Under the pieces are notes generated by a model, which searched no databases, was not told the origin of the DNA, and saw only the letters and a list, made by a program, of their open reading frames with translations. Made by a program: the position numbers and the translations under genes. Of a stretch of 64,000 nt of DNA, positions 20,036-28,777 are shown one piece after another. Source of the DNA: Thermoplasmata archaeon (GTDB lineage: Archaea > Thermoplasmatota > Thermoplasmata > Lutacidiplasmatales > UBA184); contig JAKABH010000001.1 in the NCBI GenBank assembly GCA_021801925.1, positions 7,964 through 71,963 of the forward strand, read 5' to 3'. How positions within the stretch are numbered: position 1 is the stretch's first letter; every line of letters begins with the position of its first letter.

Positions 20036-21134
20036 CGAGGAGGAGACCGCCGTCCGGGCGGATGCTCTCCGGCCGACCCTCGAGCTCGCCGAGCAGATCT
20101 GGAACCAGCTGGACGCCGGGGAGATCCCCCGGATGCGGCTGCCGCTGCGGACCAAGCAGAACCTCGAGTTCCGCATGCGGGAGGGGGTCTGGAAGCTCGG
20201 CCGCCAGATGGGGACCCGGAGCGCCCGCAAGCTCGACGGCGCGCTGATGCTGCTGCGGACGTTCTACCTCGTCGACTTCATCAACGAGATGGCGAAGTCG
20301 AAGAAGACGTCGACCCTCCGGGAGCTCTACTACATCAGCGAAGCCTGGCAGGAGGCGAAGTTCCACAGCGAGGACGAGTCGAACCTCCTCATCGAGGACC
20401 TGGAGGTGCTCTGCCAGCGCCTGCGCGAGGACTTCCGCCTGCACCCGGAGGAGAACGGCGCCTCCGTCCTCGGGGACCTCACGATCAAGGAGCGGAACCG
20501 CAAGGGGATCGTGAAGACGATCAACTGCCGCGACGACGTCGGGGACGGAGGCTACGCCCTCCCGTTCAACGTCGAGAAGGGGAAGATCGAGTTCGTGAAG
20601 ACGAGCGCCAAGTTCGTCATCGCGATCGAGTGCGGCGGCATGGTCGACCGCCTCGCCGAGAACGGCTTCGACGAGCAGTACGACGCGATCCTGATCCACC
20701 TCAAGGGCCAGCCGGCCCGCTCGACGCGGCGGTTCCTGCGCCGGGTCACCGAGGAGCTCAAGCTGCCCGTCGTCGTCTTCACCGACGGCGACCCCTGGTC
20801 GTTCCGCATCTACGCGAGCGTCGCCTACGGGGCGATCAAGACGGCCCACCTGTCGTCGTACCTCGCCACCCCGTCCGCGGAGTTCCTCGGGGTCACCGCC
20901 TCCGACATCGAGAACTACGATCTCCCGTCCGACCACCTGTCGGAGCAGGACGTCCGGGCGCTGCAGGCCGAGCTGACCGACCCCCGCTTCGGGACGGCGG
21001 AGTGGCGCTCGGAGATCGAGCTCATGCTCAAGAACGGCAAGAAGGCGGAGCAGCAGTCGCTCGCGAAGTACGGGCTCAACTACGTCACCGAGCACTACCT
21101 GCCCGAGAAGCTCGCCGAGATGGGCGTGCTGTGA
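19995..21134 (+). CDS. top6A: DNA topoisomerase VI subunit A (Spo11 homologue)
   Basis: 5Y-CAP/Toprim motifs ([13 protein letters not shown] with active-site Tyr, [30 protein letters not shown]). Overlaps the top6B 3' end by 41 nt. Confidence 0.92.
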   Translation: MPRNRAPAPATTSDEEETAVRADALRPTLELAEQIWNQLDAGEIPRMRLPLRTKQNLEFRMREGVWKLGRQMGTRSARKLDGALMLLRTFYLVDFINEMAKSKKTSTLRELYYISEAWQEAKFHSEDESNLLIEDLEVLCQRLREDFRLHPEENGASVLGDLTIKERNRKGIVKTINCRDDVGDGGYALPFNVEKGKIEFVKTSAKFVIAIECGGMVDRLAENGFDEQYDAILIHLKGQPARSTRRFLRRVTEELKLPVVVFTDGDPWSFRIYASVAYGAIKTAHLSSYLATPSAEFLGVTASDIENYDLPSDHLSEQDVRALQAELTDPRFGTAEWRSEIELMLKNGKKAEQQSLAKYGLNYVTEHYLPEKLAEMGVL

Positions 21135-21141
21135 CGGCGCC

Positions 21142-22362
21142 CTACGGGTAGATCTTCAGCCCGGTCCGCCGTTCGATGTCGCGGATCGCCTCGAGGGAGG
21201 CGGTGCGCTCGCCGTGCGGCACGTGCCCGGACGGATCCGCCTCGATCGCGACGACGAGCGCCCGGAGGTGGTCGAAGACCCGGTCGGTCGCCAGGTCCGC
21301 GGTGAGGTCGAGCCGCACGCCGTCCGCGACCTCCCGGGCCCGCAGCCGGCCGACGCGACCCCCCGCGCCGGGACGGAGCCAGGCGGCGAGGGTCCGACGG
21401 AGGTGCCGCCATTCCCCCGCGGCGCGCCGGAGGCCCTCCGTGCTCCAGTGGAACCGCTCCGTGAGCGGCGAGCCCAGGAGGTACCACCGCAGGGCGTCCG
21501 GGCCGACGTCGCGCAGCGCGACCCGGAGCGGGACCAGGTTCCCGCGCGACTTCGACATCTTCGAGCCGTCCCAGAGGACGAGGCCCGGGTGGACGAAGAT
21601 CTTCGCGAACGGGCGGCGGTCGAGCGCGAGGGCGATCTCGTTCTCGGCGTAGTGGTGGGGGAAGATGAGATCGGTCCCGCCGCCGTGGATGTCGACGGGG
21701 AGCCCGAGGAGATCGTTCGCCATCGCGTAGCACTCCAGGTGCCAGCCGGGGGTCCCCCGGCCCCACGGCCCCGGCCAGGAGGGGCGCGGCGGCTCCTGCC
21801 GCTTCCAGACCATGAACTCCCCGGCCGCCCCGTCCCCCAGCGGGAACGGGTGGCCGGGTTCGCGGACCGCGTGCGCCGCGAGATCGGCGGCCGTCGCGAA
21901 GTTGACCCCCTTCGGCCGGGCCGGAGGGGTGTAGAGCCACTCGGAGCCCTGCTGGCGGACCCGGCCGGTGCGGGCGAGCCGGCGGGCGACCTCGGTCATC
22001 TGGGGGACGTAGTCGCTCGCCCGCGGGCGATGGTGGGGCGCCAGGAGGCGGAGCGCGTGGAGATCGCGAAGGAACCCCGCCTCCTCCCGGAGGGCGAGCG
22101 CCCGCCAGGAGAGGCCGAGCTCCGCCGCCCGGGCATCGATCTTGTCCTCGAAGTTCGTGACGTTCATCACGTGGCGGACGGGGATCCCCTCCGCCTCCAG
22201 ATGCCGCCGGACGAGGTCGAAGAAGAGGTAGGTCCGGGCATGGCCGACGTGGGCCCCGTCGTAGACGGTCGGCCCGCAGACGTACATCGTGAGCGGGCGG
22301 CGGAGGCGACGCGGTACGGGGACCGCGCGGCCGGAAAGGGTGTCCCGGAGCAGAAGGTCCAT
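21142..22362 (-). CDS. cysS: Cysteinyl-tRNA synthetase (compact, 406 aa)
   Basis: Class-I HIGH-type motif (MYVCGPTVYDGAHVGHAR), PGWHLECYAMA zinc/cysteine-binding signature, KMSKS loop. Confidence 0.85.
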   Translation of the reverse strand: MDLLLRDTLSGRAVPVPRRLRRPLTMYVCGPTVYDGAHVGHARTYLFFDLVRRHLEAEGIPVRHVMNVTNFEDKIDARAAELGLSWRALALREEAGFLRDLHALRLLAPHHRPRASDYVPQMTEVARRLARTGRVRQQGSEWLYTPPARPKGVNFATAADLAAHAVREPGHPFPLGDGAAGEFMVWKRQEPPRPSWPGPWGRGTPGWHLECYAMANDLLGLPVDIHGGGTDLIFPHHYAENEIALALDRRPFAKIFVHPGLVLWDGSKMSKSRGNLVPLRVALRDVGPDALRWYLLGSPLTERFHWSTEGLRRAAGEWRHLRRTLAAWLRPGAGGRVGRLRAREVADGVRLDLTADLATDRVFDHLRALVVAIEADPSGHVPHGERTASLEAIRDIERRTGLKIYP

Positions 22363-22458
22363 CGCCGGACCGCTCCTCGCCCCGGGCCCCTTAACCCTTT
22401 GCGTCCCGGCGCCCGGGGGTTAGCTTGATTTGGGCCGCCTCCGTGACGGAGCGCTGCG

Positions 22459-22695
22459 ATGGAGACGGTGTTCCTGCTGGTCGAGACCGAGGTCGGGGAG
22501 CTCGAGGCGGTGCTCGAGCGGATCCGCGCGGTCCCGGGCGTCACCGAGGTCCAGGCGGTGACCGGCCCGTTCGACCTGATCGTGAAGGTCCAGGCGGCGC
22601 ACCTCAACGCGGCGCTCGACACGGTCGTCCACAAGATCCGGCGGGTCCCCGGGATCAAGGCGACCGAGACGCTCGTCACGGTGGCGGGCGGCTGA
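22459..22695 (+). CDS. Stand-alone Lrp/AsnC C-terminal (RAM) domain protein, 78 aa
   Basis: ETVFLLVETEVGELEAVLERIRAVPGVTEVQAVTGPFDLIVKV matches the AsnC ligand-binding beta-alpha-beta-beta-alpha-beta fold. No HTH present. Confidence 0.7.
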   Translation: METVFLLVETEVGELEAVLERIRAVPGVTEVQAVTGPFDLIVKVQAAHLNAALDTVVHKIRRVPGIKATETLVTVAGG

Positions 22696-22782
22696 GGGCG
22701 GGGCTCCCGCGGCGGGACCGCTCCCGAACGCCCCCGGTTCGGGGGGGTGCCCGTCCCGAGAGGGGATCGCCCCCCGGGTGGA

Positions 22783-22792
22783 GGTAAATACC
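22783..22792 (+). promoter_or_regulatory. Candidate TATA (GGTAAATACC) ~25 nt upstream of the bcp ATG
   Basis: A near-identical CGTAAATACC lies at the same distance upstream of the DUF2203 gene (44359-44368). Confidence 0.45.
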
Positions 22793-22811
22793 GTCGGGCA
22801 GCTCCCGAGGC

Positions 22812-23249
22812 ATGGTCGCCGTCGGAGATCCCCTGCCGAAGTTCGCCGCTGCCGATCAGGACGGAAAGCCGTTCTCGTCCGACTCCCTGCGCGGAAAGGC
22901 CGCCGTCGTCTACTTCTATCCGGCCGCCGACACGCCGGGCTGCACCATCGAGGCGAAGGGGTTCCGCGACGAGCTCCCGAAGTACCGCGCGAAGGGGATC
23001 GAGGTCGTGGGGATCAGCGTCGACGACTGCCCCGCCCAGAAGGCGTTCGCGACGAAGTACGGCCTCGGCTTCACGCTCGTCTGCGACCCCCAGCGGGAGG
23101 TCGCGAAGGCGTTCGGGGTCCTGAACCCCCGCGGCGTCGCCCGGCGGGTCACGTTCCTGGTCGGCAAGGACGGGAATATCGCCGAGGTCGTGGACACGTC
23201 GTCGGCCGACACCCACCTCGCCCGCGCCCGGGCCCGCTTCCTGAGCTGA
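22812..23249 (+). CDS. bcp: Peroxiredoxin, Bcp-type thiol peroxidase (AhpC/TSA family)
   Basis: VVYFYPAADTPGCTIEA peroxidatic-Cys motif. 145 aa. Confidence 0.88.
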   Translation: MVAVGDPLPKFAAADQDGKPFSSDSLRGKAAVVYFYPAADTPGCTIEAKGFRDELPKYRAKGIEVVGISVDDCPAQKAFATKYGLGFTLVCDPQREVAKAFGVLNPRGVARRVTFLVGKDGNIAEVVDTSSADTHLARARARFLS

Positions 23250-26200
23250 TCAGCGCGGGAGCGACCCCGGCGGCGCACCGGCAGGCGCGGCTTCGTCCGC
23301 CGACGGCGACGGGGGAGCCGGGGCCGCCCGGCCCCCGTTCCTCCCGGAGAAGGTCCACGCCCGGTCCCCGAGCACCTGGAGCGCCGCCGGGACCAGGAAC
23401 GTCCGCACGACCATCGCGTCGAGCACGACCGCGATCGCCACCGAAAACCCGATCGCCCGGATCAGCGTGAACTCCCCGACCAGCAGTGCGCCGAACGCGC
23501 TCGCCAGGATGATCGCCGCCGCCGTGATGATCCCGCCGGTGCGGCCGACCGCCGTCACGATCGCTTCGCTCGCCGAGCGCCCCTTGACCCGCTCCTCCCG
23601 GACCCGGGTGAGCAGGAAGATGTTGTAGTCGATCCCGAGACCGAGGATCAGCAGGAAGAGGATCGTCCGCACGTAGAAGAACAGCGGAAAGCCGAGCAGC
23701 TCCTGGAAGACGAGGTAGGTCAGCGCCCACGCCCAGGTGATCGACAGGCCGATCGTCGCGATCGCCATCGCCGCGATGATCCACGACCGGAGGACCCCGA
23801 TGAGGACGACGAGCAGGCCGACGGAAACGGCGACGATCAGGATGTCGGTCGCGGTGGCGGTCTCGTCGGCGAGGTCCCCGATCACCGGCGCGCCGCCGCC
23901 GAAGGCCAGGTGGGTCACGGCCGGGTGGGTCGATGCGTAGGTGCCAAAGCTCGCGGCCACCGCACGGACCGCCGCGACGGACGGGGCCGACAAGCCGGTG
24001 GTCGTCGGCTCGAGCGAGAGGAGCACCGTCCGCCCGTCGGAGCCGACGAAGCCGCCGAGGAGGCCCAGCAGGTTCTCCCGGGGGGCCGCCGGGAGCGACG
24101 CGAGGCCGAGCCACTCCGACAGCGGCGCCCCGTACGGGCCGACCGGCGACTGGACGACGGCGATCCCGGACGTATTCGCCGCGATCGAGGTGAGCGTCGC
24201 GAGGTCGGTGAACTCGGTGGCGTTGCTCTCGTTCCCCGCCACGAGGGGGCTCTGGAACGTCACGAGCGCGAACGAGGGGGTCGCCGACCCGTTGCCGAAG
24301 TGCTGGTAGTAGACGGCGAGCCCGTCCGACGCCGGGTGCCCGCTCGGCAGCTGCCCGTAGAAGTCGTAGGCGAGCGGGACCTGCACGGCGACGTAGGCGA
24401 GCGGCACGCTCACGAGCAGCAGGATCCCGAGGACGGCCCACGGGCGGCGCTGCGTCAGTCGGCCGACCCGGTAGAAGTAGGTCCGCTCCCCCCGGATCCG
24501 CGCGTTCGCCCGTTCCGCCCGGCGCCGGAACCGCTCCCCGTGATCCGGCCAGAAGATGCGCGGACCGAGAAGCTTCAGGAACGCCGGGACGAGGGTCAGG
24601 GAGAGGAGGATCGTGAGGAGGATGGCGACGGAGAGGACGCGCCCCCAGTCGGAGAGCAGGGCGACCCCGCTGAACGTGAGGGCGAGGGTCGCGATGATCG
24701 CCGTCGACCCGCTCGTGGCGACCGACTGACCGGCCCAGCCGAGCGACTGCTCGATCGCCTCGTCGGAGGAGCGCCCCTTGAGGAGTTCCTCGCGGTAGCG
24801 GGCGACCAGGAAGATCGAGTAGTCGGTGCCGACCCCGAGGACAAAGACCTCCTCCAGGGTCAGGGAGGTCGTGTCGACGGCCCCGAAGAGCTTGCCGACG
24901 AGGATCGTCGCCCCGAGGGCGAGCGTGAGCGCGATCCCGAGGCCCGCGAACGTGACGACCGGCGTCAGCGGGGAACGGAAGTAGAGCATCGCGATCACGA
25001 GCAGGAGGCCGATCGTGAGCGGGAGGACCAGCGCGAGGGAGTCGTTGACCACCGAGTTCGTGAGCTGGTCGAGCGGGGCGCTGCCCGTCTGGTAGTAGGC
25101 GATCGAGTGGGTCGCGTCCGCGGCGGCGAGGATCGGCGGCACGAGGGTGCCGATCCGGCCGAGATCGGCGTAGACCGGCGAGCCGCCCGAGGCGTTGGTG
25201 GCGGAGTCGGAGATCGTGAACGAGACCTGGATGAGGGACGCCGTCCCGGCGGCGTCGACGTAGGCCGTCCGCACCGCGTACGGGACGGGGAGGGGTTCCG
25301 ACGCGAGCGTCGCGTTCGCGACGGTCGCATTCGCCCATGCGGAGGCCGACGCGGCCGGGGCTGTCCCGTTCGGGAACGCCGACCAGACCGTCTCCATCCA
25401 CGCGGTCGGGTAGCCGACCTCGGGGGCGAGCACGCCGGCGGCGACGGCCCGCTGGGCGGTCGCGTTCGCGGCCGTGGCGAAATCGAGCCCGACGAGCACC
25501 GCGGAGAGGACCGGGAGCGCGGACGGAGAGGGAGCGAGCTGCGGCAAGAGCGGCGCCTCCTGGGCCCGGACCACGGCGGCCGCGCACGTAGCCACGGTGC
25601 CGGGGTCGGCGGCGCAGGCGGCGGAGCCGTTGAATCCCGCCGGGGATCCTCCGTAGCCGTCGTAGAACGCCGCGAGCACCGCGAGGGCGGCGGAGTTGTT
25701 GGCGAACGACGACTCGGTCGCCCGGTACGCCGGGTAGTTGATCGAGGAGAGGTTCCCGCTCCGGCCCGCCGCGAGGGCCGACCAGGTCGCCAGATACGCG
25801 GTCGGCGGTCCCCAGACGAGCGCCGCGGAGTCGTTGACGGCGGACAGGAGCGGTGCGGACCCGCTCTGGGCGGCGCGGATCGCCCCCGCCGCGATCTGCA
25901 CCTGGCCGGCGAGGTAGCCGGCGTAGGCGGTGTAGACGCTCGAGATCGAGGCGACGTCCGAGAGGCTTCGATCCGACTCGAGCGCGGCGGTGATCCGCAG
26001 GATCACCCCCTGGCCGTTCGCGTCCGTCAGATTCGGGCCGACGAACAGCAGGGTCGCGGCGGCGCCGCCCGTCTGGTTCGGGAAGAGACGCGCGAGTTCG
26101 GCGTCGGCGACCGCGCTCGGGGCCGTGGCGGGAAGCGTTTCGGTCGAGTTCGTGGTGACGGAATTGAGGAGCGGCAGGAACGGGACGACGACCACCAGCA

Positions 26201-26309
26201 GGGCGACCCAGAAGACGATCGGGTACCACGGGTGCCGGACGATCCCGCGGGCGAGCCGGCCGAACAGCCGCGCCCCGGCGGTCGGATGGTCGCGGACGTC
26301 GCCCGTCAC
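23250..26309 (-). CDS. MMPL/RND-superfamily membrane transporter (two 6-TM bundles with two large extracytoplasmic domains)
   Basis: 1019 aa. Duplicated TM blocks (GVGTDYSIFLVARYREEL; GLGIDYNIFLLTRVREE) typical of the MMPL family, separated by large Ala/Thr-rich soluble domains. Confidence 0.8.
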   Translation of the reverse strand: MTGDVRDHPTAGARLFGRLARGIVRHPWYPIVFWVALLVVVVPFLPLLNSVTTNSTETLPATAPSAVADAELARLFPNQTGGAAATLLFVGPNLTDANGQGVILRITAALESDRSLSDVASISSVYTAYAGYLAGQVQIAAGAIRAAQSGSAPLLSAVNDSAALVWGPPTAYLATWSALAAGRSGNLSSINYPAYRATESSFANNSAALAVLAAFYDGYGGSPAGFNGSAACAADPGTVATCAAAVVRAQEAPLLPQLAPSPSALPVLSAVLVGLDFATAANATAQRAVAAGVLAPEVGYPTAWMETVWSAFPNGTAPAASASAWANATVANATLASEPLPVPYAVRTAYVDAAGTASLIQVSFTISDSATNASGGSPVYADLGRIGTLVPPILAAADATHSIAYYQTGSAPLDQLTNSVVNDSLALVLPLTIGLLLVIAMLYFRSPLTPVVTFAGLGIALTLALGATILVGKLFGAVDTTSLTLEEVFVLGVGTDYSIFLVARYREELLKGRSSDEAIEQSLGWAGQSVATSGSTAIIATLALTFSGVALLSDWGRVLSVAILLTILLSLTLVPAFLKLLGPRIFWPDHGERFRRRAERANARIRGERTYFYRVGRLTQRRPWAVLGILLLVSVPLAYVAVQVPLAYDFYGQLPSGHPASDGLAVYYQHFGNGSATPSFALVTFQSPLVAGNESNATEFTDLATLTSIAANTSGIAVVQSPVGPYGAPLSEWLGLASLPAAPRENLLGLLGGFVGSDGRTVLLSLEPTTTGLSAPSVAAVRAVAASFGTYASTHPAVTHLAFGGGAPVIGDLADETATATDILIVAVSVGLLVVLIGVLRSWIIAAMAIATIGLSITWAWALTYLVFQELLGFPLFFYVRTILFLLILGLGIDYNIFLLTRVREERVKGRSASEAIVTAVGRTGGIITAAAIILASAFGALLVGEFTLIRAIGFSVAIAVVLDAMVVRTFLVPAALQVLGDRAWTFSGRNGGRAAPAPPSPSADEAAPAGAPPGSLPR

Positions 26310-26339
26310 GGCCGCGCCGTAGAGCGCGCCAACATAACC

Positions 26340-27311
26340 CTACTGGGCGGGCGAAGCGGCCGGCGGGGCGTGGCCCGTCCGCCAGAGGGTCGGATAGGCC
26401 GCCGGGTCGACGAAGACCCGGGTCCCTTCGACGACCCAGCCGTGCCGTACCTCCCCCATCTCTTTCGATCCCCGGCGCGCGAGGCCGGTGGCGATGAGCG
26501 TTCCGTCCCGCGTCACGAGCGCGACGCGGGCCCCGGCGGAGAACGGGGTCGGGAGCGCGAGGATCCCGCCCTTGGCGAGGCCGGCGCCGTGGGCAACGGC
26601 GCTCGCCGCCCCGTCCTTGAGGACGATCGTGGGAAACTCCCCCCAGACCTCGGCGATCGGATGCAGGAGCGCGAGCAGGGGGGCCGTCTCGCCCGATCGG
26701 GCGACGGCGACGGCGTCGGCCAGCGTCGTGAGCGGGACCGCCCGGCTCTCGTCGAACGGGCCGGTCCCGACCCGGCGCAGCTCCTCGAGGTGGCCGCCGG
26801 TGCCGAGCGCCTCGCCGAGATCGACGGCCAGGGTCCGGACGTACGTCCCCGAGTCGGCGGTGAGGTCGAGGAGGACCCGCGCGCCGTCGACCTCGACGAC
26901 CTCGAGACGGTGGATCGTGCGGACCCGACGCTCCCGCTTGACGGCGGAGCGGACCGGCGGGGTCTGGTAGATCGGGCCCGTGAACTCCCGCACAACGCGG
27001 TCGAGCGCGGGGCGCGCCACGGGGGCGTGGAGGTTGATCGCGGCGACGTACCGCTTCGGGAACTCGAGCACGAGCGGGAGGAGCTTCAACGCGGGGCCGA
27101 ACCCGACCCAGAGGAGCCCCGAGACGTTCGGGTCCAACGTCCCGGCGTGGCCCGCGAGCCGGACCCCGAGGAGGTCCCGGGCCCACGCGGTGACCTGGTG
27201 GGACGAGGGGCCTCGGGGCTTGTCGATGAGGAGGAACGCCCCGGCGGCGATCCGGGCCTCCACGTCCGGGGGGAGCGGCGGGGTCGGAGCGGCCCCCGCG
27301 GCGGCGCTCAC
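26340..27311 (-). CDS. cbf5: tRNA pseudouridine synthase Cbf5 (H/ACA RNP catalytic subunit, TruB family) with PUA domain
   Basis: LLIDKPRGPSSHQV, GHAGTLDPNVSGLL (catalytic Asp), C-terminal PUA (VVLKDGAASAVAHGAGL). Start taken as a GTG overlapping the cmk stop (GTGA); the track ORF extends further upstream. Confidence 0.85.
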   Translation of the reverse strand: MSAAAGAAPTPPLPPDVEARIAAGAFLLIDKPRGPSSHQVTAWARDLLGVRLAGHAGTLDPNVSGLLWVGFGPALKLLPLVLEFPKRYVAAINLHAPVARPALDRVVREFTGPIYQTPPVRSAVKRERRVRTIHRLEVVEVDGARVLLDLTADSGTYVRTLAVDLGEALGTGGHLEELRRVGTGPFDESRAVPLTTLADAVAVARSGETAPLLALLHPIAEVWGEFPTIVLKDGAASAVAHGAGLAKGGILALPTPFSAGARVALVTRDGTLIATGLARRGSKEMGEVRHGWVVEGTRVFVDPAAYPTLWRTGHAPPAASPAQ

Positions 27312-27853
27312 GGCCGCTCCGCGTCCGCCGCGCGCAGGAAATCGACGATCCGCCGGGTGACCTCTTCCGGCGGGAGCGCGGTCGAGTCGACCGACAGGTC
27401 GCACGGCTCCGAATCCGGATCGAGGTCGTAGAAGCGTCGGTACCGCGCCCGTTCGCTCTCCGCGCGCTCCCGGATCCGGCGGCGCGCTTCGTCAAGCGAC
27501 TGGCCGTCCCGCGCCGCGACCCGCCGCGCCCGCTCCGCCTCGTCGGCGGTGACGACGATCGCGTAGACCGGCGTGCCGCGGCGCCGGCAGAGCGCCGCCT
27601 GCACCCGCCCGTCCAGCACGAACCCGGGGCGGGCGAGGCGCTGCATCGCGTCGTCGAGCCCCCGGTCGACCTCGGGATGGCTCTCGGCGTACCGTCCGAA
27701 CGCCTCCACGTCCATCCCGCGGGCCCGCGCCTCCGCCCGGAACGCGTCCCCCGCCGAGCGGTAGTCGAGCGCGAGGGCCGCGGCGACCCGACGCCCCGCC
27801 GTCGATTTCCCGCTGCCCGGAGGGCCGCCGATCGCGACGACCCGCCCGATCAC
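27308..27853 (-). CDS. cmk: Cytidylate kinase (archaeal type)
   Basis: P-loop VVAIGGPPGSGKST. Short archaeal Cmk architecture. GTG start overlapping the upstream stop. Confidence 0.8.
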   Translation of the reverse strand: MIGRVVAIGGPPGSGKSTAGRRVAAALALDYRSAGDAFRAEARARGMDVEAFGRYAESHPEVDRGLDDAMQRLARPGFVLDGRVQAALCRRRGTPVYAIVVTADEAERARRVAARDGQSLDEARRRIRERAESERARYRRFYDLDPDSEPCDLSVDSTALPPEEVTRRIVDFLRAADAERP

Positions 27854-28776
27854 GACGCGCCCCCGGTCCCCGCGGGGATCGGAGTCGCCGGCGTCACCCG
27901 GTGCTCCCGGGCGTAGCGCCGGACCCAGAAGTGCTTCAGGATCCGCCGGAAGACGAGCGAGAACGGCACCGTGTAGAGCGAGAAGATGGCGAACCACCAG
28001 GGGATGCCGGCGGTCGGGGAGATCGAGATCACGAACTTCATGAGATCGATGTGCCCCCCGTTGAGCTGGATCGTCTGCTGAACGGCGCTCGCGCTCTGGA
28101 TCACGAGGCCGACCCAGGTGTACATCAGGATGAGCATGAAGTAGGTGATCGCCATCCCCTTGAACTGGGCGATCGACACCTCGCTCGACATCCTCGTGAT
28201 CCGCTCCTGATGGGGGCGCAGGGCGGCGATCCGGTCCTTCTTCCCGGAGCGGATCGCCTCCATCTGGACCTTGCGGAAGGCGCTGCTCCACTTCTGGACC
28301 TTCGCGGTCTTCACCCAGTCGGTCGTGTAGTTGTAGGCGAACGCCGTCACGACCATCTCGATCGCCCCGGCGATCGCCATCGTCGCGAACAGGTGGTTCG
28401 ACGAGAAGCCGATCAACGAATAGAGCGGCCCGCCACCGGACGGGCAGACCGGGCTCGCCGGTGCTACCGCATACGTTCCGAGATAGCAGGCGATCCCGTT
28501 CCGCGTGGAGGTGTCGAACAGCATCAGGAGCCCCAGGAGGCCCAGGAAGACGATGATGAACGTCGAGAACTTGAACGTCGGCCGGGGGGCGGTCGGCCGG
28601 GGCGGGGCGGCGGCCGCTTCCGCGGGCTCGGCCGGACCGCTCTCCGAGGCCCCTACGTCCGCCGTCGGCTCGAGGGCGAGCGGGGACTCCGCCGCGCCGG
28701 CGGTAAGCTCGCTCTCCTCGGGGCCATCCCCGCCCCCGGGGGCGCCGGAAGGAAGCGGGGCGCCGCCGTCGGGCAT
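27850..28776 (-). CDS. DUF106-family membrane protein (archaeal YidC/Oxa1/EMC3-like insertase, Mj0480 homologue) with N-terminal acidic/Pro-rich extension
   Basis: Conserved position between secY and cmk. 3-TM core with amphipathic coiled-coil (KVQKWSSAFRKVQMEAIRSGKKDRIAALRPHQERITRM). Confidence 0.65.
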   Translation of the reverse strand: MPDGGAPLPSGAPGGGDGPEESELTAGAAESPLALEPTADVGASESGPAEPAEAAAAPPRPTAPRPTFKFSTFIIVFLGLLGLLMLFDTSTRNGIACYLGTYAVAPASPVCPSGGGPLYSLIGFSSNHLFATMAIAGAIEMVVTAFAYNYTTDWVKTAKVQKWSSAFRKVQMEAIRSGKKDRIAALRPHQERITRMSSEVSIAQFKGMAITYFMLILMYTWVGLVIQSASAVQQTIQLNGGHIDLMKFVISISPTAGIPWWFAIFSLYTVPFSLVFRRILKHFWVRRYAREHRVTPATPIPAGTGGAS

Positions 28777-28777
28777 C

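Noticed and set aside
21142-22362. Short CysRS (406 aa) as a possible non-canonical paralogue (e.g. MshC-like ligase)
   Set aside because: It retains HIGH, the PGWHxEC signature and KMSKS. Length is within the range of compact archaeal CysRS. No evidence for another function.
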